A program made the position numbers and the translations under genes. From Carcharhinus longimanus (lineage: Eukaryota), in NCBI GenBank assembly GCA_030264375.1, contig JASCQW010000122.1, forward strand, positions 30,517,947 to 30,581,946: a DNA stretch of 64,000 bases. The letters are read 5' to 3'. The notes below the pieces were generated by a model that worked only from the letters and a program-made list of their open reading frames with translations, was not told where the DNA came from and did not search any database. Shown here in pieces: positions 1-12,555 of this stretch. Position 1 is the first letter of the stretch. Each line of letters begins with the position of its first letter.

Positions 1-450
1 CTCCTGCTCTGCCCAAGACCACAAGAAACTACAACTGGGCAAACGTAGCCCAGTCCATTACGCAAACCAGCCTCCCTTCCATTGACTCCATCTACACTTC
101 CAGCTATCTTAGAAAAGCAGCCAACATAATCAAGGACCCAACGCACCCCAGACATTCTCTCTTTGACCTTCCTCCATCAGGAAAAGAATATAAAACTCTG
201 AGGTCACGTATCAACCAACTCAAGAACAGCTTCTTCTCTGCTACGGTCAGACCTTTGAATGGGCCTACCTTATATTAAGTTGATCTTTCTCTACATCCTA
301 GCTGTGACTGTAACACTACATTCTGCACCCTCTCCTTTCTTTCTCTCCTATGTACTCTATGAATGGTATGCTTTGCCTGTATACCGTGCAAGAAACAATA
401 CTTTTCACTGTATACCAATACATGTGACAATAATAAATCAAATCAAAAAC
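1..450 (+). mobile_element. Rex1/Babar-type LINE 3' fragment
   Basis: Homologous to 12690-13160 and 34340-34985; ends tacatgtgacaataataaatcaaatcaaa. Confidence 0.75.
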
Positions 451-789
451 CAGTAGTGCAATGAGGCCATAAGTGAAGGGAGGAATTACATTCCACCTAA
501 AATGTCTACAAAAGGATGGACAAGACTGATCTAAGATCAATCGTCCCTGAAATGAGTTTCCTCCAAATGAATAAGTTCTCCATGGTGCCTCTCCATAACA
601 TTACTGAGGTGAGAAATTCACTATGTAAGGGATCATGAGTACAAACCCCATTATGCAATAGCAATTATTTTAACAATTGTAAAATAGGTGTTAGTGCTGA
701 TATCATAAGCACTGCATTTTGGGCTAGGGTCAGATGTGATGATACTTTCATTTTGCTTGTACAGAAAACTTGTATTAAATACCTCCATG

Positions 790-1725
790 TCCCTATGGCA
801 ACATTCTCACCTGAGTCAGAACATTGTAGCAAGCCCTACCTAAGAACGTGAGCACAGTGAGGTACTAGGCATGATGGAAAGTGCTGTCTTTCAGGTGAAA
901 CATTATGTAGAGATTCAGTCATTTCTTTTCAGGCAGATACAAAAGTCTCAGTGCATTATTCAAAGGTGAGCAGGGGAGCTCTCCTGGTGTACAGGCCAAA
1001 GTTTATCCCTCAACCAGCCTCATTAACACTAATCTGGTCACTCACCAATGGGAGGCAATGGCCTTGTGGTATTATTGCAAGACTATTAATTCAGAAACTC
1101 AGTTAATGTTCTGAGGACCTGGGTTCAATTCCCGCCATGGCAAATGGTGGAATTTCGATTCAATAAAAAGTATCTGGAATTAAGGATCTACTGTTGACCA
1201 TGAAACCATTGTCAATTGTTGGAAAAATCTATCAGGTTCACTTATGTTCTTCAGGGAAAAAAAATCTGCCATGCTTGCCTGGTCTGGCCTACATGTGACT
1301 CCAGATTCACAGCAATGTGGCTGATCATAAATGTCCTCAGGGATAGGCAANNNNNNNNNNNNNNNNNNNNNNNNNNNNNNNNNNNNNNNNNNNNNNNNNN
1401 NNNNNNNNNNNNNNNNNNNNNNNNNNNNNNNNNNNNNNNNNNNNNNNNNNTGATCTGTTCTACGTGTGACTCCAGAGCCACAGCAATGTGGTTGACGCTG
1501 AACTGCCCTCCAAGGGCAACTAGGGCTGGGCAATAAATGCTGAACAGCCAGCAATGCCCATGTCTCACGAATGGATAAAAAAAATTACTGTTTGTGAGAC
1601 CTTGTGTATAACCTGACGGTTCTATTTTATCACTTTCCAGGAGTAATTATTCTTTCAAAGTCAATTCATTGACTGTGAGACACTTTGGGATGGCTGGGTA
1701 CATTGTAAAAGGTGCAAGCTCTTTA
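790..1725 (+). mobile_element. Deu-domain SINE (SacSINE1/AmnSINE1-like) split by a younger SINE at ~1050-1582
   Basis: gtgctgtctttcaggtgaaac..ttcaaaggtgagcaggggagctctcctggtgtacaggccaa..tttatccctcaacc matches the Deu core; tail resumes at ~1586 (ctgtttgtgagaccttg..ctttcaaagtcaattcattgactgtgagacactttggga). Confidence 0.65.
1050..1582 (+). mobile_element. tRNA-derived SINE whose 3' tail matches the LINE at 21494-22330; contains N gap
   Basis: B-box-like gggttcaattccc; tail agggcaactagggctgggcaataaatgctg; further copies or tails at ~28645-28830 (-) and ~31180-31265 (-). Confidence 0.7.
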
Positions 1726-2245
1726 TAATTCCACTTTACTAATGGAAGTCATGACTGAAGAGTCAGACCAACAGTAAGTAGGATAGAAATTAATTCATGG
1801 GCAGTAAGATGGGTACAAAGGATACTAATTTAACAGTGAAATGGTAAGCTCAGGAGGCTCTTCTTTTAAAGATGCCTGAGCATTATGTCCTTGAGTGGGT
1901 TTAAGGACCTGTTTTCAAAACTTATGAACAGTAATTGGCATCTGCCAACGACGGATAGAAATTTTACAAATTTAAAAATTATTTTTAGAAAAACGCTGTG
2001 AAGTCAGAAGGAGCAAAAGTGCTCCTCTGACACGACAGCAGCCAGTGTTTTCCGCCTATCCTCTCTTATGGAATTTCCCCGAGTGCCCTGTGCCGGTGAG
2101 CCCAACATTGGTGACTTTGCCCAGGGGAACTGTACGTACTGTGTGAAAAGCTCTTGCAGATCAAGCTGAGTGTGCTGAAGTGGCTCAAGGAAGAACTTCT
2201 GCCAGTCTTCACATTCAGGTGCATGTTTGTTCCTCGGAGCCACGA

Positions 2246-4645
2246 TGTGAAGTTCACCAGTTTAGGGAAAACACAACTCATTTATTTACAGCTTAAACCA
2301 TGCAGAGGCTTGCAATCACTCCCCGGATGACAGAAGCCTCTCTCTAAGTCCCTTTACACAAATGTCAATACTCAATTTACACAGTCTCAGTTAATTAAAC
2401 ATTTAGCACATGAATTTAGTCAATTATAAATTAAGTCTTTCGGGGGTTTCCGAATCTTCATAGAGCGCTCCTCTGTCTGGGGCGTTTCTACAGGAGTGCT
2501 GCCAGCCATAACCATAATGACAGCTGCTTCTTCAAGCACAGGCAGTTTAACTCTATCTGTTTCCATGGAGACATCAGTTGTGCCTGCCACGGGATGACAA
2601 TGTACTTCAGTGCTGAAACAGTCGGCAACATTTCCTGATTGCAATGTACTTCCTAATGGCAAAACCGGGCGTTGAGACATCTCTCTTTTTCTCAAGCGGT
2701 TTAAGTATTTTCAGACGATCCTTCCTTCTCCATTCACTTGATAAGACAGGGCTCCAGTTTTAGAAACAATTCCAGGGAGCCAACTCAAACTACGTCCAAA
2801 ACTCCTCACATACATGGCATCATCCACCATAAACGACCGTGTGGACAGACATGAATCATGACTTGCCCCCTGATTCTTCAGCTGACCTCTACCCTCCCCA
2901 GCAAATTTGGAAACACGAGGCTCTGTCTCGTTCTGAACCTGGTGTTGTCAGACTTTTTACTCGTTCTGAATCGACAGTTTATTAATATCTCAGCTGACAG
3001 GATTCCCGTTGTTACATGTGGGGTGATCTGATAGCCAAAAGGAAGTGTGAGATTCTGGTCTCGAGGCTTCCTCATGACTACTTCTTTAGGCCAGACCTAA
3101 AGGTTTAATGACTTGTTCAGCTAATCCATTTGATGCTGGATGGAAAGGTGCAGTTCTAAAGGTTCAGGGAATTAGGAGAGGTTAAAGATCTTGAGGAGTA
3201 TAAGGACTGTAGGAAGGAACTTAAAAGGGAAATTAGNNNNNNNNNNNNNNNNNNNNNNNNNNNNNNNNNNNNNNNNNNNNNNNNNNNNNNNNNNNNNNNN
3301 NNNNNNNNNNNNNNNNNNNNNNNNNNNNNNNNNNNNGTGTTGACGTGATCGGCGCAACTCGTGGGCCGAAGGGCCTGTTTGTGCTGTAGTGTTCTATGTT
3401 CTATGTTCTAATGTGATTTATACTGTAGAGTGTGGTGAAGTTTTGAAACTCAGCACTTACTGTTCCAATGTCCGACACTATAACTTCAGGTATGCTGTGT
3501 GTGGAAAAATAGTGGTGTAATCTTTCAATGGCAGTGTGTGATGTAGGAGGCTTCACCTCAAGAACATCAATGCACTTAGAGTGTGCATCAACAATGTGCA
3601 GGAACATTGTGCCCATGAACGGCCAACATAATCAATATGAACTCATGCCCATGGCTGACCGGACAATTCTCAAGAATGTAGTGGGACTGCAGCACGCAAT
3701 CTTTGTTGCAATTGGTACTGTTCACAGTGTTCCACCAACCTGTTGATGTTGACACCAATGCCAGGCCACCACACAACATGTGGCAAGCATTTTCGTCTTT
3801 GAGATGCCTGATAAGCACGATTCCATTAGAAGCAGCTCTCTGCCTGGTACAGGGATGACTACTTTTGCTCCCCTGAGTATGATGCCATCCTGTCATCCTT
3901 GAGGGGAACAAGTGGTTTCATTTCTTCAAGTAACAGGCTGATTGGCCTAACCTGTAAGTATCTGTGTCTCACTTTGGGCTGAAATGGATGCCAATTGGTT
4001 CAGTTTGCTTTGCTGCCCAAAACTCCAACCCCATGACAACTCCCTGTACTACTGGAGCAACTGGGACACTTTCTTGTAAAGGTAGGTGGCTAAGCACATC
4101 CACATTCAGTATGTGTGTTCCAGTGCTTGAATGTATGTTTGTAGGCGAACAGAATTAATGCCCAATGTTGAATTCTTGCCGATGTGATTGGCAGAGTACC
4201 CTTGTCTTTGTTAGAAAACCTAAAATTGACTGGTGGTCAAAATGATTCTAAAGTGCTGATCATACATAGACTGGTGAAATTTCATGACACAAAAAATTAC
4301 TGATAACGCTTTTTTCTCAATTTGTGAGTTGCTTTTTTCAGTCTCTGAAACAGTTCTTGAGACATAGCTTATTGGCCTTTCAGATTCACCATCCACATCA
4401 GTGCTTTATGGGGAGGCGTCGCAAGTCAACACCAGCTCTTTAGTCCAGTTGAAATGTCCTTACAAGTTTGAAGAATGCATAAATTGTTTTAATTTGTTGA
4501 AAGCTTCTTTCTGGAGAGTCTTCCAAGACCAATGCTGGTGTTTCTTTAGCAGAATATGCAAGAGGGCCAAAAACATCGAGGAGCTTGTTAAAAAATGCCC
4601 ATAGTAATTTACCATTCTCAAAAATGATTTGGGTTTAGATGTAAT
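2246..4645 (-). mobile_element. Decayed Ty3/Gypsy LTR retrotransposon (RT end, RNase H, integrase, partial 3' LTR), interrupted by a CR1 fragment and gap at ~3165-3410
   Basis: Broken motifs SFLRMVNYYGHFL, ELVLTCDASP, SQIEKKALSVIF, MFLHIVDAHSKCIDV..IPEVIVSD, YQITPHVTTGILSAEIL, ERSMKIRKPPKDL; many stops and frameshifts. Confidence 0.85.
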
Positions 4646-4954
4646 CATTGTGCCACCGTGCCTCCAATATCTGTTCTAATTTAGTGATATAATTCGTAAT
4701 TGTTTTGCCAGGGGCTTCCGCCTTGAATTAAATTTGAATCTCTGGAGTATGTCTGATGGTTTAGGCTGGAAATTTGACTTTACCAATTCTACAAGTTCAC
4801 TGAGGGAGTCATGGTGGAGGAGTCAAATGGAGTCTATCTGTCCAAAGAGGGGCATCTTGTTTTTCCTCTGAACTTCACTCACCTTCAGTGTAAACTGGAT
4901 ACTCACAATCTGAGGATTTTTTTTTTAAATCTTTGTAGCTAAATATAAAGATGC

Positions 4955-5500
4955 TCATTCACCCGTTTAGGGAAAACACAACTCACTTATCACAGGTTAA
5001 AGTATTCAGAAGCTTGCAGTCTTGTGGCTGCAATCAGCTCCCAAGATGACTCTGACATCAGGCATCACGGTGGCACAGTGGTTAGCACTGCTGCCTCACA
5101 CACCAGGGACCCGGGTTCAATTCCTGGCTTGGGTCACTGTCTATGTGGAGTTTGCACATTCTCCCCATGTCTGCATGTGTTTCCTCCAGGTGCTCTGGTT
5201 TCCTCCCACAGTCCAAAGAGTGTGGGTTAGATAGATTGGCCATGCTAAATTGCCCCTTAGTGTCAGGGGGACTCGCTATGCTAAATGCATGGGGTTATGG
5301 GGATAGGGTCTGGGTGGGATTGTGGTCGGTGCAGACCTGATGGGCCAAATGGCCTCCTTCTGCACTGTAGGATTCTATGAGTACAGAAGGCTATGCTTAC
5401 CGGGATGACCTTCCACCCTGCTCCCCAATTGATTCCCTGGGTCATGTGACCCTTACTCTCCAGATTGGTCCTTAAAGGGGCCACACAAATCCACCCCAAT
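4955..5500 (-). mobile_element. LTR related to the Gypsy 3' LTR, with an HE1 SINE inserted
   Basis: ttcacc.gtttagggaaaacacaactca.ttat..acag shared by 2253-2335 and 4958-5052. Confidence 0.55.
5061..5380 (+). mobile_element. HE1-type V-SINE, full length, CR1-type tail
   Basis: tRNA head ggtggcacagtggttagcactgctgcctcac..gggttcaattcc; V domain gtggagtttgcacattctcccc; tail gatgggccaaatggcctccttctgcactgtag. Confidence 0.9.
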
Positions 5501-5604
5501 ATATCTTATTAGATCCTAGGAAACTAGTGAGTGCTCAGAAACAAATTATTATATTAACAAATCATGGTTAATGTCAGGTGTCTGCAGCTGACACAATTGT
5601 TAAT

Positions 5605-5905
5605 GGCAGCATGGTGGCACAGTGGTTAGCACTGCTAACACAGCATCAAAGAACCCAGTTCAATTCTCTGCTTAGGTCACTGAGTGGAGTTTGCACGTTC
5701 TCCCTTTGTCTACGTGGGTTTCCTCTGGGTGCTCTCGTTTCCTCCCATAGTCTGAAAGTTTAACATGGTTAATGCACCTAACATGGTTAGGTGCATTAAC
5801 CATGTTAAACTCTTCTTCAGTATATTCGAACACTGGAGGGTGGCAACTAAATGAGTTTCATTGCAGAGTTAATGTAAGCCTATTTGTACACTAATAAATA
5901 AAACT
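5605..5905 (+). mobile_element. HE1-type V-SINE, alternative tail, with internal perfect palindrome
   Basis: Same head and V domain; tail ttcattgcagagttaatgtaagcctatttgtacactaataaataaa. Confidence 0.85.
5757..5811. repeat. Perfect inverted repeat, 26-bp arms, 3-nt loop
   Basis: agtttaacatggttaatgcacctaac-atg-gttaggtgcattaaccatgttaaact. Confidence 0.97.
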
Positions 5906-6086
5906 AAACTGTTCAATTTTATCAATACGTTCCTAAGTATTAATCTCCTAATAGAGCTGTTAGTGTTCCTGATGCAACGGAATATCATTCCACTTGTATA
6001 TAACAAGAAGAAATCCTATCTGGAGAGGACATCTGAATGTTTATTTGAATCAATGTTCAACAGAATTTTGATTGATTTATTCCTAC

Positions 6087-6285
6087 CTTCCCCTCGCCAC
6101 ATTTGGTGCCGGTTAACACAAGTCCCGGGTCAGGCATATCATCCCCCAGATAAACATGTGTGCCACGACACAAGATTTTGCCACCTTCTTGCAAGGGGAT
6201 GTTAGTTTCTATGGAGACTGCATTTGTTCCAATAACGGGGCGGCTCGCTCCTCCCTGACATTGGATTTTTCCACACTGGGCATCT
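6087..6285 (-). CDS. ADAM12: ADAM12 exon H (Cys-rich): DAQCGKIQCQGGASRPVIGTNAVSIETNIPLQEGGKILCRGTHVYLGDDMPDPGLVLTGTKCGEGK
   Basis: 199 nt; acceptor tttttcttaacag, donor AAG|gtagga; phase 2 to 0; near-identical to remembered ADAM12 Cys-rich region. Confidence 0.96.
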
Positions 6286-9030
6286 CTGTTAAGAAAAAGA
6301 GACAAACGGTGTAGACATTCAGTTGAAGTGGAAAGACAATAGCTACAAATGATACACTGTACTCCACAGGATAATTAAATTTCAGTCGATTAGGTAAAAA
6401 GTCTGGAAAGAATTTCATCAATGCACACCAATGTACTCAGCTAACTTCAGGAATTACAAATAAGTGAACCTGTTAAGCACTGAATGTCTTTCAAGTTCTC
6501 TCAAAATCTCCACTCAATAACCAGATCACATAATCAAATTAAGAATTTTCTGGTTTTTATTGATGTAACACATTGCAAAGCACATTAACAGAAGAAGAAT
6601 ATCTGTAGAGAAATTCAGATTAATTTTTAATGTGTGATAATCTCAATACCCACAATAGGTTTTTAATTTGACTTAACAATTGTTCGTGCAACCACCAGAG
6701 GGTTCTCCTTCAGTCTAACATTATTCTTCACAACTCCTGAGTCTGGCTGTTTTGACTGACTATGTTACAAATCGGCTTCATTCAGCTTAGTTTACATCTT
6801 TGGAAAACTTACAACTTGCAGTTCATTTCAGTAATGCACAGCCTTAGCTGCCAAATTTACTGGGCAATAAATAAATGAGGAGGCTCCTGTGCACTGTATA
6901 AATGATTAGGCATAAAGTGGAGTTGTTCTTGTACGTGTGGAAAATAATTTTGCTGAGTAGATTCAGGTACGTATCAGTATTCTGCTGGAAGGAATTATTT
7001 TGCATTCAATCATGGAGAATTTTTAGATGTTTATTTTCCCCTATCAAACACATCAGTAAATGGATGGATGTATTTCCTTATCCTCCGAGTGATTGAGTCA
7101 CTTTTCATAAACTGGCAAATGTTTTTGTGTATTTTAAATGAAAATGGTTACTTTATTCCCCACTTGGCCTGGAGGTTAATGGAATCTCACATGACTCACC
7201 TGCATTTTCACACAAACACAAGAGTTAGATACAGATGAAGGTAAAACAGAAATTATAAAGATCAAATTTAACTCCGTCTCTAATTCAGTGCAGGTCTGAT
7301 ACTTCTCAGTTGAGTTGTTACTCGCTGAAATCTTGAAAAGATCTTGAAAACGCAGAGATTTCTTCACGATGGTTCCTCTTGCTGATATTCCTGGTGAGTT
7401 AATTTTTCAGGTGAGCTTGAAGATGGAACAGGTTAGAGGTGAGAGAGTCCCTTGTCCTCTTTCAGGGTGCTGGGATTAGGCACTTTAGCTGCTTAGTTGC
7501 TTGAAGCAGTCAGTTGCTTGTCAGACTCTCTTGCTCTGATGGAATTCTGTCTACAACCAGTTTGTATTTTCTGCTATATCTTTTAGTGGGGAACAAAGAT
7601 GGCCACTAAGCTATATGACCAAGTTACAAATCATGGTGAGTGTGCTAATCATCAGACTATTTTAAATATTTTTGGCCACTAACTTCCTCAAAGTGGCAAT
7701 CAGTGACGGATTGCCACTCTGTTGCGACTTACCTGCGCTCAAATTGAAAAGTGCTTGTCTTACCCATCCTGACTCAGGCTGAGTGAGGCTGAAGAAACCA
7801 AGCACATCCACAGCTCCAGAAGTGAAGTGTAAAAGGAGCTGAGCACCCTGGCACTGGCTGCCATAGAGCAGGGGTGTTTAAAGGTCCCATTGCAAGGCAA
7901 GTGAATGGGATGTGGGAGTTCAAAAATTGGCAGTAGGATCCAGCCTTGGGACAGGTGAACTGGACATTGGGTGGGGGTGGGGGTGGGGTAGCAGTTTGGG
8001 GGGTGTGGAGGGGGTGTAGGAGGTGTCCCATGTGGGGTTCAGTCTGGGTGTTTAAAAAGTTACTCTGAAGTTAGAAGTGTCCTTTTTTTCCTCCTAACTC
8101 TCTTGGAATAACTGTATGTGTAAAACTGGCAGAATCATCTGAAATGAACGTTTCAAATGGCTTTTGCTACTTGGTTCTCAGTGCAGCACAACTGTCCAAA
8201 GAAGGTTAACCCTTCAGGGGACCCAGGAGTTATAATCCATTATGTTTGTAAGAAGAGAAGTTTTCTGTGTCCTTCATCCATGGATGCATTTGCAGATCAA
8301 ATTTAAGGGGCTGAATTTTGCAGAGATTAATGAAACAATGGTGCGTGCTGCTGACTTCGAAGAAAAGTACCCTCAAAGACCTGGTGAGGTTCTGTTGTGA
8401 ATTTCCCCTTTTCCTGCATTAGTTTGAATCTGGCATCCAGTCAAGACCATCTCCAGGGTCCAGCAGCAAGCAGGATACACAGCCAATTGCTTTGAAGTAT
8501 TCTCACAGTCAGCAAACCAAGAAGAACTGAATCTTTTCATTTTAAATTTTAAATTTCACAAGAATAAAGCAAATATTTGTGACATGCAGATGGCATTTAG
8601 ATAAAAAATAAAATATCATTATCAAACTTACTTTAAAGATATTTGGAATTTCTTAGCATAATGGAGAAATTAAACATTCAACAAATATGAAATTACTCTT
8701 TATCAGTAATTATGAACTGAGAACTCTGTTAAAATAACAATGTGCATCCTTTGCAAGAGTTTTAACAGCAAGACCAAAGGGGGGTAAGAGTTTCCACAGT
8801 ACAATGAATTCCATTCTTGACACTCTTTGGGGACATGGATAACGAAGTCTTGGGGGACATGGAGAAATGAGGGATCACTGACAACAACTTCTGGATTTCT
8901 GGGTCTAACTGTACAGGTACAAACTCCAGAAATCCAGAGGACTGGCAAATTTTTGTTATTAGTACAACCACAAAATCTAGGCCAAGATTTCCTATGGATC
9001 ATCTCAGATTTGACACTTAGTCTGTTCATA

Positions 9031-9335
9031 GGGCAGCACAGTGGCCTCACAGCTCCAGGGCCCCTGGTTCAATTCCAGCCTCGGGTGGCTGTCCATGTCG
9101 AGTTTGCACATCCTCCCCATGTCTGCATGGGTTCCCTCCAGGTCGTTCATTTTCCTTCCACAATCCAAAGATGTGCGGGTTAGGTTGATTGGTCGTGGTA
9201 AATTGATCCTAGTGTCAGAGGGATTGGCAGGGTAAATGTGTGGTGGTGCAGGAAAAGGGCCTGTGTGGGATTGTGGTCAGTACAGACTTGATGAGCCAAA
9301 TGGCCTCCTTCTGTACTGCAGGAATTCTACGATGA
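9031..9335 (+). mobile_element. HE1-type V-SINE, CR1-type tail
   Basis: Homologous to 5061-5380. Confidence 0.85.
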
Positions 9336-10214
9336 TTCATATGTCAACAAAGAATTGTTGAGTTGGTAAAATAGCACCAGCTCTTTGTTCCAAAGATGCT
9401 ATTGGAACTTCTGTCAGCCTGTTATAATAAAACACAAAGGGCAATTCTCTCTAAATACCTTAGCGTTAAAGAGCTTTCAGACGCAAATACTGAATCTTAA
9501 GCTGAATCTTTAATGTAAGGCAGCATTTAGTAAAGCAGTAAAATTCTTATGCTAGGAATGGCCACCCAGACCTTTGTTAAAGGGTTCTTTGTCACTTGGT
9601 TTTCTTGCTGGCACTCATTAACAGAGCAGTACAGTATCTGGGTGGATACTCACTTGATCTAATCTCCCAATAGTGACTAGCCAGTTAGGAATAAACGAGT
9701 ACTTGGTGAGAGCTTGAGCAGTACTTAAAGCTATATCACCTTTTAATGTTTATTTGCTGCTGAAGGCTTGAAGAAGGGGCACAGCCTCAAGATAAAGGGG
9801 GGGGGGGGGCGGGTTTAGAACGGAGTTGAGGAGGNNNNNNNNNNNNNNNNNNNNNNNNNNNNNNNNNNNNNNNNNNNNNNNNNNNNNNNNNCACCTGCAA
9901 GTATTGAAGGTCCCTGGGGACCTTCTCCAGCTCCAGTGTCAGCTCCACAAACCGGTGGACCTTCTCAATCAGTCCCTGAGCCATCACTGAAGCAAACTGC
10001 ACACGTTCAGCAGAGGTTGCTGAGTGGAACCCACTATATTGCTCTTGAGATTGCTAGGCCTGCTTGTGTCTGTTTTATTACTTTCAGGCATATTCAAAGT
10101 ACGGTAATCAGCCATAAATCCAAAACTGTGTGCAAAAACCAGACTTTCAAACAGGAATGTCTGTTCACTACACTATCCATTTAGCATCAATATCAGCCTT
10201 TCACCAAAATAACT

Positions 10215-10357
10215 CAGATTTTTATTTGGCAATGGGTTGAAGGGTTATCGGGAGAAGGCAGGAAAATGGGGATGAGGAGCATATCAGCCGTGATTGAATG
10301 GCGGAGTGGACTTGATGGGCTGAATGGCCTAATTCTGCTCCTATATCTTATGAACTT
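10215..10357 (+). mobile_element. CR1 3' tail fragment
   Basis: Near-identical to 15872-15995. Confidence 0.8.
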
Positions 10358-12455
10358 CAAAACATACAATTTTCCATGACTAACTGAACAAGGCATACAA
10401 AATTTACAAGTGTTTATTAAAAATTAAGGATTTTGGGTGGTAATTGAATAAGGAATTTAAATTCCCTATTTATATAGTGACTTTGTAAGAAATATCAAGA
10501 ATGAGTTTTGTCCTTCAAATATGGTCTTACATAAAAGTCCATCAAATGGAACCTTGCCGGTCTGGGTCCTGAGGGTTAGTTGCATGTAAAGCCTCAGCTT
10601 CCTAGAGAATTTAGCACAGAATCACTTTTCTACAAGAATCTGCTTGTTCAAACTAGTTTGGAATTAAGGGTCAACCCAAAGGCTGCATTAACCCAAAAAC
10701 TGAAGGCAAGGTCAGTTCACCGCATTTTGCTTGAAATATTCTGGTTCAACTCAAACCGAATGCTTCATTATGGCCCCATCTGGTTTGAAATATACTTTCA
10801 TGATTCCACATATCTTTAAAAACAGAGAGCTCCAGAGTGTCCCTGTTGCTACTTTCATAAATTCATGCATAGCCATCCAGAATTGACTTGGGGTACTTTC
10901 ACACAAAGATCATGTTTGATGCTTCGTTTTCTGAAATTGGAATGAAATGAGATGTTGCTGCTTCAATGCCTGTTCAAAAAAGTAATTTCCTTGGTCAAAA
11001 GGTTTTTTCTATTAGTTGTGGAATTCAGCCACCTGGGCCCAACCGGGAACACATGCCTTTCATGAAAATGCCTCAAATTTAAATGAACTCTAACTAAATA
11101 TATCTCTGTGTGAATGATGTATGATGTGCAGCAGGTACGTGCTCATTCTGCATCAGAAGGGGGCTGCTTGCTATATTGGCTGTGGGGCCCTGTACTTGTC
11201 CAGGGTGTGCCCTCCCACCCCCTGCCGCAAAAACTGGCATAATGTTCCCCAATTCCATGTTCAGCAACAGTTTCAGGCTTCTCTGTGTGGATTGTTTGCG
11301 AATGCTCACAGCTTGCACTGTGCATACCGTACTCATGTGTTTCAGGTACTCAGCAGTCAAACCAGCAGTGCTTAACTGTTCTGCTGCAGGCCGCCATCCA
11401 AAAGGCACGTTTGAATCTTTTCTTAAACTGAATGTAGAGCCAAGGACAAGCCTGGCGTTCCAGCCAGCTGAATTTAAGTCCCTCGCTGTAAATGGCAAAC
11501 TGCCTCGAGAACTGCGACAACTCTCATTCTCCACTCCCTCCCCACCCCCCGCCCACCCCACTGCCAGCTCGGGAGTAACATACAAATGAGGTTAGTGGGA
11601 CAATTTGCTGTGGTCCACTTGATGGCCTCCCGCAGTGCATGCAGAACTGTCTGCACCTGGATCGATCCCCCACTTTGGCAATGATCTCATTTTTAAGCCT
11701 TGGGGTTATCGGAATTTACATTCAAAATATCTCCAAAACAAATATCCTCCTTGAGAAGCTGACAGAGTAACCTTTTCTAGCTCAGCAAAAAAAATAGTTC
11801 TATAAGTGTAAACTGCTATAAAATAGGCAGCGTGAGCAAAGCATTAATCTGAACCACTGGGAAAAATGAAATCGTCGTATTGAATATTTAGTGTGAACTC
11901 CTAACAAAATTTGATATCATTGTTGGAAATACAATATAACCTGCTGGAAAAATTGAGTAGCAGGCTGGGAGAATCATCCTTGGCATCATTCACTATGGAC
12001 CATTATGTCCAGAAATTACCAAAGAAATGAGACATAAGAGTTAAATAGCCCTATTCTAGATTACAGATACACTTGATCAGTCACAAAAGAAGATAAACTG
12101 CAATTGCTGCTAAATTAAACAAAAACAGGTAGTTAGTTTGCAGTGTACTTAAGTCTGTACTCATCCAAAATTCTCATAATGTGAGAGTGTAACACTTCAA
12201 TATGATATCCTCAATTCATTGTACAGATAAATATAACAAACTCACCCACAAATACCCAGTTACTTGAGCTAAATAGGGAAGTAAATCATAAGCATTTGGT
12301 ACTATAATGGTGGTCAAAAAACAAAAGTTAAGTGCAGCTTTGTAAAAGTTCATGAAAGGTTTTCTATACTTCCGTACGTTGTCAGGTTGAGAAATCATGA
12401 GATAGAAAAGTCAATTGCTTGTCTCTTGAGAAGAAAGAAGATGTATTGTCTGTAC

Positions 12456-12555
12456 CTGATCTCACATTTTGCAAACAAACCGGTCGAGTCCTTCCCACAA
12501 TTCCCATATGGGTCACCCGCTGAGTTTACTCTTTCAAAGCAGATTCCAGGGGCAG
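12456..12555 (-). CDS. ADAM12: ADAM12 exon G, partial (5' end in N gap): ..(P)APGICFERVNSAGDPYGNCGKDSTGLFAKCEI(R)
   Basis: 100 visible nt; donor AG|gtacag; about 9 nt (GAKP by homology) and the acceptor expected inside gap 12556-12625. Confidence 0.92.

Noticed and set aside
5061-5130. tRNA-like A and B boxes here and at other SINE heads
   Set aside because: They continue into V-domain SINE bodies; these are SINE promoters, not tRNA genes
1-6086. Next ADAM12 exon (ICLNRxCQN..., leading to the EGF domain)
   Set aside because: Not found on the minus strand; presumably lies beyond the window start
11094-11589. Overlapping 163-aa and 137-aa ORFs on both strands
   Set aside because: No recognisable domain or ADAM homology, and the exon chain G to H is complete without them; probably a GC-rich transposon remnant
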